A stretch of 51,058 bases of DNA from Myxococcota bacterium (lineage in GTDB: Bacteria > Myxococcota_A > UBA796). The position numbers were made by a program, and so were the translations under genes. Positions within the stretch are counted from its first letter, which is position 1, and every line of letters begins with the position of its first letter. A model generated the notes under the pieces. The model saw nothing but the letters and a program-made list of their open reading frames with translations. It was not told where the DNA came from and searched no databases. Below are positions 45,745 through 51,058 of the stretch, one piece after another. Location: contig JBCBLB010000002.1 of assembly GCA_038520555.1 (NCBI GenBank), forward strand, positions 1 through 51,058. The letters are read 5' to 3'.

Positions 45745-46170
45745 CAAGAAGTCGGCCAGCGCGATCTGACTGTTAAACGGACGGCTTCGCTTGATCCAGA
45801 GCACCCGGCCGACCACGTCCCCGCTGATGGTCAGCGCCATCGACGCCGGATCCTGGGAGAGCAGCACCCCCAGGCTGCGGCCGGCGGAGACCGTGGTTGG
45901 AATCAAGACTTCCGCGGGGCGGTTGTTCTTGAGCCGGACGGGGGTGTCGGTGAAGCCCTCGCCGACGACGGTGTCCTGGAGGCGGATCTGATAGCGGACG
46001 CCGTTGAGGCGCATGGGGAGAAGCCCTTCGCGGGTGACATGGGCGCGGACGGTGAAACGCACCCCGCCCAACCCGATGGAGAGGTCATCGATCCCGACGA
46101 CATCGGTGGTGATGCGCGCGGCGTGCGCCTCTGGCATACTGAGCGCAGCGATGAGAAGCAGAGCAGACAT
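45556..46170 (-). CDS. LEA_2/WHy-like exported protein
   Basis: Signal peptide after GGAGG; PMRLNGVRYQIRLQDTVVGEG pattern. Confidence 0.6.
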   Translation of the reverse strand: MSALLLIAALSMPEAHAARITTDVVGIDDLSIGLGGVRFTVRAHVTREGLLPMRLNGVRYQIRLQDTVVGEGFTDTPVRLKNNRPAEVLIPTTVSAGRSLGVLLSQDPASMALTISGDVVGRVLWIKRSRPFNSQIALADFLSAVEGPSRSDLAVFEQPQPLVGVEGAVVADGAAAGEVDLDGGDGREVAQADVGGEAVLAALP

Positions 46171-46257
46171 CGACCCTCCCGGCGGTTGGTTGACCCCATG
46201 GCGGTCCAGGGTATTCCAGACGCGCCGAATCCGTACGAGCATGTGCAAGGAATAGCG

Positions 46258-47070
46258 ATGAGTTGGTTTCAACGACAGGGAATGGGCAACAACGAGCGCG
46301 AGATCGCGGCGAACCAGGGCCGCTATCTGCGGGCGGCGGGCGTCGACGCGGCCCTGGGTGCCCTGGCCGGCCCGTTCGGGGTGCGCCGGTTCGCGGTCCG
46401 CTTTGCCGCTCGCAACGGACGCGTCCAGATTCAGGCGATCGAAGCGATGCCGCTTCGAGACGGCGGCGGCCCGCCCCCTCCAGATCCACGAAAGAAGCAT
46501 CAGGATGCCCTCGCCGCTGCGCTGACGAAGCTGTGGAAGAACATGCAGGTGGGGCCGCGTTGGAGTCGCGGGGTGATCGGCTACCTCCGCGACCGCACCG
46601 ACGCCGTCCAGATCCACCCGCTGTTCGACGAAGACGCCGACGTGGCGACGCTGGAGCGGCTGCCGATGCCGCTGGGCGGCGGGCACCCGCTAGAGTCCCC
46701 GGCGTACCAGTCGATGCGCAACAATAACGAACACCACATGACCCGACTGATGTCACGGACGGCGATGATCGGCGGGGACTGGGACGTATGGGAGCTGGAC
46801 GGCGGGCAGCTTCGGCTTCACCTGGACCAGGAAGTGCGGCGGCACCGCTGCCAGGTGCTCGGCGTGCTGGAGGTCGATCCGGGGCGGTTCACCTGGGTGG
46901 TCGACAACCCCCTGTTCGGTGAGCCCGACGTGTTCACCGAGCCGAACTTCAGCGCAGACTGGAACGCCGCCAACGAGCTGGGCTTGTTGACCGCGGCGCG
47001 GCTGGAAGCCGATTGGCTGTTCGTCGGAGATCTGGAGGATGGACGGGTGTTGTTCGCCGCAGTGTACTGA
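46258..47070 (+). CDS. Hypothetical protein
   Basis: ATG after AAGGA; good GC3 bias. Confidence 0.7.
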   Translation: MSWFQRQGMGNNEREIAANQGRYLRAAGVDAALGALAGPFGVRRFAVRFAARNGRVQIQAIEAMPLRDGGGPPPPDPRKKHQDALAAALTKLWKNMQVGPRWSRGVIGYLRDRTDAVQIHPLFDEDADVATLERLPMPLGGGHPLESPAYQSMRNNNEHHMTRLMSRTAMIGGDWDVWELDGGQLRLHLDQEVRRHRCQVLGVLEVDPGRFTWVVDNPLFGEPDVFTEPNFSADWNAANELGLLTAARLEADWLFVGDLEDGRVLFAAVY

Positions 47071-47096
47071 CCCACCCGCTCCCAGCCCCCGATAGC

Positions 47097-47475
47097 ATCC
47101 GTTCTTGCGTTCTTTCTGCGATTTGCCTTCGTGAAGGCAATCGTCGCCCTGTATCCAGCGGCGTCTGCTTCTACGACGAGAACGCAGATGTCTTCGACAC
47201 CGGAGCGCCGACTGCATCGTTCTGAACCGTTCCGGTTCAGAACGATGCAGTCGGTGAGGTGTTTCCCTTCGTTTCACCTCAGAGAACGCCAGGATCGGTC
47301 ATCGATGGGGGATTGGTGCCTGATGGGAATCACTGGTTCCCATCAGGCACCAATGAAGAGAAGCATTCGATGACCAGCCATCATCACAACCGCTCGCATC
47401 CTTCCGCCCTGGCTTCGCCTCGGCAAACGGGGCCGTTTGTCTACAGACACCGAGGCCTCTACAGACAGCGGTGAT
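47097..47475 (+). ncRNA. Candidate large structured RNA of unknown class
   Basis: Multiple nested stems including perfect 22-bp and 18-bp hairpins; G-U pairs favour the plus strand. Confidence 0.5.
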
Positions 47476-47491
47476 AAAGACGTCGAATCGG

Positions 47492-49288
47492 TCAGCGTTC
47501 TCGTTGGACCTTGACGAGGCTGTAGCTTTCGACGATGCGCGCGACCCAGAAGCCCAGAAACGCTGCGATGATCGCAACAAACCAGCCGTTGACCAGCCAC
47601 CGGATGGCTCCCTCGATGAAGTCGAGGTGGGTGCGATGGAGGAAGGTGTTGAGGGTCCCGCCTTCGCGAAAGTCGATGGTGATCCATCCCCAGTCGATGC
47701 CCAGGCTGACCAACGCCAGGGCCAACAGCGCCCAGCACGCGGTCCGGATGAGCCCAGCGGCGATCCGGGGCAGGCGGTTGAAGCGGCGATAAATTGATCG
47801 GGTGGTTTGTTGGTAGAGGATGACCTGTTCTTTGATGAGGTCTGGCAGGCGCAGGACGAACAGGGTGGTGTTCAGGGCGCGGTCGAGGGCCTGTCCGGGC
47901 TGGGTGAGCTTCTCGATCTGGCGCAGCCGGACGACGCGGAGCGACTGGGCGATCTCGGCGTGGTAGTCGAGGTCAGGGACCAGCCGGAGCGCGCTCGCAT
48001 CGACGCTCATCAGGGCCTTGAAGTAGAGGATGGTGTTCATCGACAAGGTCAACCCGATCGCGCGGGCGAGGTCCATGGTGGCGATGACGAGGTTGGTGAC
48101 GCTCTTTTCATCGAACGCAGCGCCGGGGTTATCGCTGGCATCGAGCCATGCGTCCGCCGCATCGGAGAAGGTCTCGAAGAAGTCGGTGACCAGCAGCCCG
48201 CGGGGCGCGTCGAGGAGATCGAGGACGGCGACGAACAGGCGCTCGATGTCCCTGGCGACGACGGCGTCGAACAAGGCGAGCTGCTCGCGGAGGTCCTCGG
48301 GGTGCATCCGCCCCATCAGCCCGAAGTCAACGTACCCGATGACGTTGTCGGGCATCACGATGAGGTTGCCGGGGTGGGGGTCTCCATGAAAGACTTCTCC
48401 GACGAAGGACTGGAGGAAGTGGTTCTGGAGGATCTGGGCGGCGATGTCTGTGGGGTCGCAGTTCATCATCTCCAGGTCTTCATCAATGGTCGAATCCCCG
48501 CGTTCCAGGCGCCGGATCACCTCTGCGACGGAGATGCCATCGAGGTACTCCATCGTGACGACGCGCCGCCCGGTGAACGCCCAGTAGATGTAGGGGATCC
48601 GCTGCTGATCGTTCCACTCGGTCTCTTCATAGACCCGGTCGGCGTTCTTGGCCTCAAGGGTGAAGTCGGTCTCTCGCCGGGTCCATCGGACAAAATCCCG
48701 AAACACCGGGCGCAGCTTGAGCTGACCGAGGACCCGGGAGGCGTCGACCAGGGCGCCGAGGATCAGCAGCCAGCGGGCGTCCCGGTCGAAGTCTTTCGCG
48801 GCGCCGGGGCGCTGGACCTTGATGACCGCCCGCCGCCCCGTGTCCGGCCCCTGCCCGATGACCACGCGATGGATCTGGCCGAAGCTCGCGGCGGCGAGCG
48901 GTGTATCCTCGAAGGCTTCAAACAGCGCTCCGATCGGCTGGTTGAGCTCTGTCTCAATGATCTGGCGTGCTTGCTGGGCGGGGAACGGCGGCACGCGGTC
49001 ATACAACGTCTCCAACGCCCGGCAGTACCGCCGCGGCAGGACGTCGTAGCGCATCGAGAGCAGCTGGCCGAACTTGACGAAGGGCCCGCCCCGGGCCTGG
49101 AGGAACCCGGCGAGCCGCCTGGGCCCCCGTGTGAGGAGCTGGGCTCTTTGCTCGTCGGACGGAAACGGCAGGCGCGCGACGGCCTCGAAGAACAGCGTGG
49201 GGAGGAAGAAGGCGCCGAAACCGACCACGACCTCGAGCCCGCGAGGGACCCGACGCGAAGCCGGGGCGCGGACCTCCTCTTCTTCCAA
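47492..49288 (-). CDS. ABC1/UbiB (AarF) family kinase
   Basis: FVKFGQLLSMRYD, PLAAASFGQIH, IKVQRP, FHGDPHPGN, VDFGLMG; C-terminal TMs. Confidence 0.93.
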   Translation of the reverse strand: MEEEEVRAPASRRVPRGLEVVVGFGAFFLPTLFFEAVARLPFPSDEQRAQLLTRGPRRLAGFLQARGGPFVKFGQLLSMRYDVLPRRYCRALETLYDRVPPFPAQQARQIIETELNQPIGALFEAFEDTPLAAASFGQIHRVVIGQGPDTGRRAVIKVQRPGAAKDFDRDARWLLILGALVDASRVLGQLKLRPVFRDFVRWTRRETDFTLEAKNADRVYEETEWNDQQRIPYIYWAFTGRRVVTMEYLDGISVAEVIRRLERGDSTIDEDLEMMNCDPTDIAAQILQNHFLQSFVGEVFHGDPHPGNLIVMPDNVIGYVDFGLMGRMHPEDLREQLALFDAVVARDIERLFVAVLDLLDAPRGLLVTDFFETFSDAADAWLDASDNPGAAFDEKSVTNLVIATMDLARAIGLTLSMNTILYFKALMSVDASALRLVPDLDYHAEIAQSLRVVRLRQIEKLTQPGQALDRALNTTLFVLRLPDLIKEQVILYQQTTRSIYRRFNRLPRIAAGLIRTACWALLALALVSLGIDWGWITIDFREGGTLNTFLHRTHLDFIEGAIRWLVNGWFVAIIAAFLGFWVARIVESYSLVKVQRER

Positions 49289-49294
49289 CGCGGC

Positions 49295-49816
49295 TCAGTC
49301 CTCTTCGCGGGTCTGGGCTGCGCGGCGCTTCCGCTCACCGCGGGCCGGGCTCTCCTGACGACGGGGCACAGCCTCATAAAACCGCTCATTGAGCCGATCG
49401 GGCATCTGCCCCACACCATCGATGACATCACGGGCAGCGTCGCTCAGATCGCCGCCGACGCCGCGGACCAGATCGCCGGGCTGCCGGTACCGACCGGACA
49501 ACGAACGATCCACGGCGTTGCGCAGCACCCCGCTCGCGGTGTCTACGGTGGCCGCGATGGCTTCAATGCCCGCATAGAGCACGCCGCGCTGCAGATCCAT
49601 GACGTCGCCCCGCAGGTCCCGGGGTCCCGCTGTGGGAGCGGCGCCCTCTGCCCGCTCGCGACGGTTGCGCCGACCTTCACGCCGGAGGGAGCCGCGCCCG
49701 TCCGCGTTGAGATCGTCTGCGTTGAGGTCGTCTGCGTTGAGGTCTTCCCGTCGGATGACGCGCCCCGTCCGTCGGACAGGCGCCTCTCGACTCAGCCGCT
49801 TTGATGAATCACTCAT
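49295..49816 (-). CDS. Amphipathic helical hypothetical protein, co-transcribed with the ABC1 kinase
   Basis: ATG after AGGAGG; EDLNA-DDLNA-DDLNA 15-bp tandem repeat. Confidence 0.65.
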   Translation of the reverse strand: MSDSSKRLSREAPVRRTGRVIRREDLNADDLNADDLNADGRGSLRREGRRNRRERAEGAAPTAGPRDLRGDVMDLQRGVLYAGIEAIAATVDTASGVLRNAVDRSLSGRYRQPGDLVRGVGGDLSDAARDVIDGVGQMPDRLNERFYEAVPRRQESPARGERKRRAAQTREED

Positions 49817-49964
49817 CGAATCCTCCTGAAGGGGGAACCTATTAACCGGCTCTCTGCACGGTATTCCGCACCTCCACCGGCGCTGATCAGATCTTCGCCT
49901 GTTCGTCCAGGGGCTGTCATCGGGCCATGATGTTGTCGATATCCAGCCACCGTGGAGGACACAG

Positions 49965-50834
49965 ATGGCAGAGCTGTTGATTCGACACCATGGCCGTGGG
50001 CACATCTCCCTCACGTTGGCTGATCGTGTGCGGGTCGATGTCGATCCGGGGCGCACACGGGGAGCGGACTATGTGCTGCTGACCTCAGATGCGACGGATC
50101 GGTTTGAGGACGCGTTGGATGTCCTCTCGTCGAGCAGCGCGGCCCTGATCGCGACGCCTGCGCTCGCTGACGCCGCAGCGCGCACGCTGTCTCTGGGCGA
50201 CCGGGCGGTGGATCTGGACGACTTCGAGCGCGTCCGCGACGCCGATGTTCGAATCACCGCCCTGTCGGCTCCGCCGCGCCCACGGGGGCCGCGGATGTTC
50301 TCTCCGATCACAGACAACCTCCCGATGGACCCCATGAACGCGTCGGTGATGGGAGTCGGCCCCCGGATGATCCTGGACGCGGCGATGGGCCTGCCGGTCT
50401 TCGGCGAGATGGTCCGCGCCGGCGGACAGATGCTCAACACCCCGGGGGGCGATACCGCGCGGGGCTACACGCTGGAGTTCTTCAACGGCGGCCCCACCGT
50501 CTCGGTGATGGGCGCGTCCCTCATCGGTTGCCCCGACCGAAGCTGGCTGGACACCCTCAACGACGCCGGGCGCCCAGATGTGATGCTTGCCACGATCGGC
50601 GGCGACGCGGTCGAAGGGGTTGTTTGGGCGGTACGCGCCATGGCGCCGGCTGCGGTGGTGCTCTTCCGCGACCACGACCCATATGACGGCCAGGGCGACA
50701 ACCTCCCCGCGCAGCGATTCATCGACGCCCTGCGCGAAGACGCGCCGAACGTCGAGGTCAGCTTCCTGCGCCGCGGCGACGGATATGCGATCCCGCTCAC
50801 CCCACCCAACACCGACGCGGCCGCCTCTGCGTAA
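49965..50834 (+). CDS. Degenerate metallo-beta-lactamase-fold protein
   Basis: VDVDP...ADYVLLTSDATDR aligns by eye with the DP...D.ILxTHxHxDH pattern but lacks the His ligands; GGAGG RBS. Confidence 0.55.
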   Translation: MAELLIRHHGRGHISLTLADRVRVDVDPGRTRGADYVLLTSDATDRFEDALDVLSSSSAALIATPALADAAARTLSLGDRAVDLDDFERVRDADVRITALSAPPRPRGPRMFSPITDNLPMDPMNASVMGVGPRMILDAAMGLPVFGEMVRAGGQMLNTPGGDTARGYTLEFFNGGPTVSVMGASLIGCPDRSWLDTLNDAGRPDVMLATIGGDAVEGVVWAVRAMAPAAVVLFRDHDPYDGQGDNLPAQRFIDALREDAPNVEVSFLRRGDGYAIPLTPPNTDAAASA

Positions 50835-50937
50835 GGTCCGCGCGTCACCGTGAGCCATCCGCCGATCCCGATCCCGATCCAGCAGGTCGTGGCCAGACGC
50901 CACGGATCCGGCCGCAACCATCAAAACACGCTCCGGT

Positions 50938-51058
50938 TCAGGCTCGGAGCAGCGGGCCGATGGCAAACGGGGTGTACGCCGCATCCTCGCGGCGGGGTTG
51001 GAAGATCCAGGCCGGCTGATCGGCGGTCAGCCGGATGTCTTCATCGGTATAGGCTGCA
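50938..51058 (-). CDS. 3' end of an unidentified gene entering from the right edge
   Basis: Open frame AAYTDEDIRLTADQPAWIFQPRREDAAYTPFAIGPLLRA-stop. Confidence 0.35.
   Translation of the reverse strand, partial: AAYTDEDIRLTADQPAWIFQPRREDAAYTPFAIGPLLRA

Noticed and set aside
47097-47475. Simple bidirectional terminator or RNase P RNA
   Set aside because: The long stems lack flanking U tracts and far exceed terminator size; the RNase P GAGGAAAGUCC motif is absent on both strands
43510-49804. Long ORFs 43510-45543 (minus) and 47807-49804 (plus)
   Set aside because: Antisense shadows of the FG-GAP protein and ABC1 kinase

Overview
GC-rich bacterial chromosome segment. The gene content suggests a deltaproteobacterial/Myxococcota-like host, which is an inference only. 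Positions 1 to about 27.4 kb are the right part of a lambdoid-organised tailed prophage whose left end lies outside the window. On the minus strand it carries tape measure (truncated by the window edge), a tail chaperone with a -1 frameshift, tail tube, neck genes, major capsid, scaffold, portal, an Acb2/Tad1-like gene, large and small terminase, accessory genes, RuvC-like resolvase, DnaB helicase, an initiator with internal iterons and Cro. On the plus strand it carries the repressor, an early operon, Xis and a tyrosine integrase followed by arm-type repeats. The rest is host DNA: LMF, TraX-like, a large lipoprotein, tRNA-Pro(GGG) followed by a ~119-bp tRNA-derived tandem repeat, merR-ihfA-rplT-rpmI-tRNA-Val(GAC), an internally deleted lipB, AI-2E transporter, dnaE, MFS, RluA, an FG-GAP/ASPIC protein, an ABC1 kinase and a degenerate MBL-fold protein. 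The most notable candidates are: (i) a ~380-nt, densely base-paired intergenic RNA at 47097-47475; (ii) a capsid-gene leader whose repeated 13-mer is complementary to the capsid start codon, fed by a palindromic promoter motif shared with the terminase gene; (iii) an extended Acb2/Tad1-like putative immune-signal sponge between terL and portal; (iv) a structured leader plus 30-aa membrane peptide at the prophage boundary.
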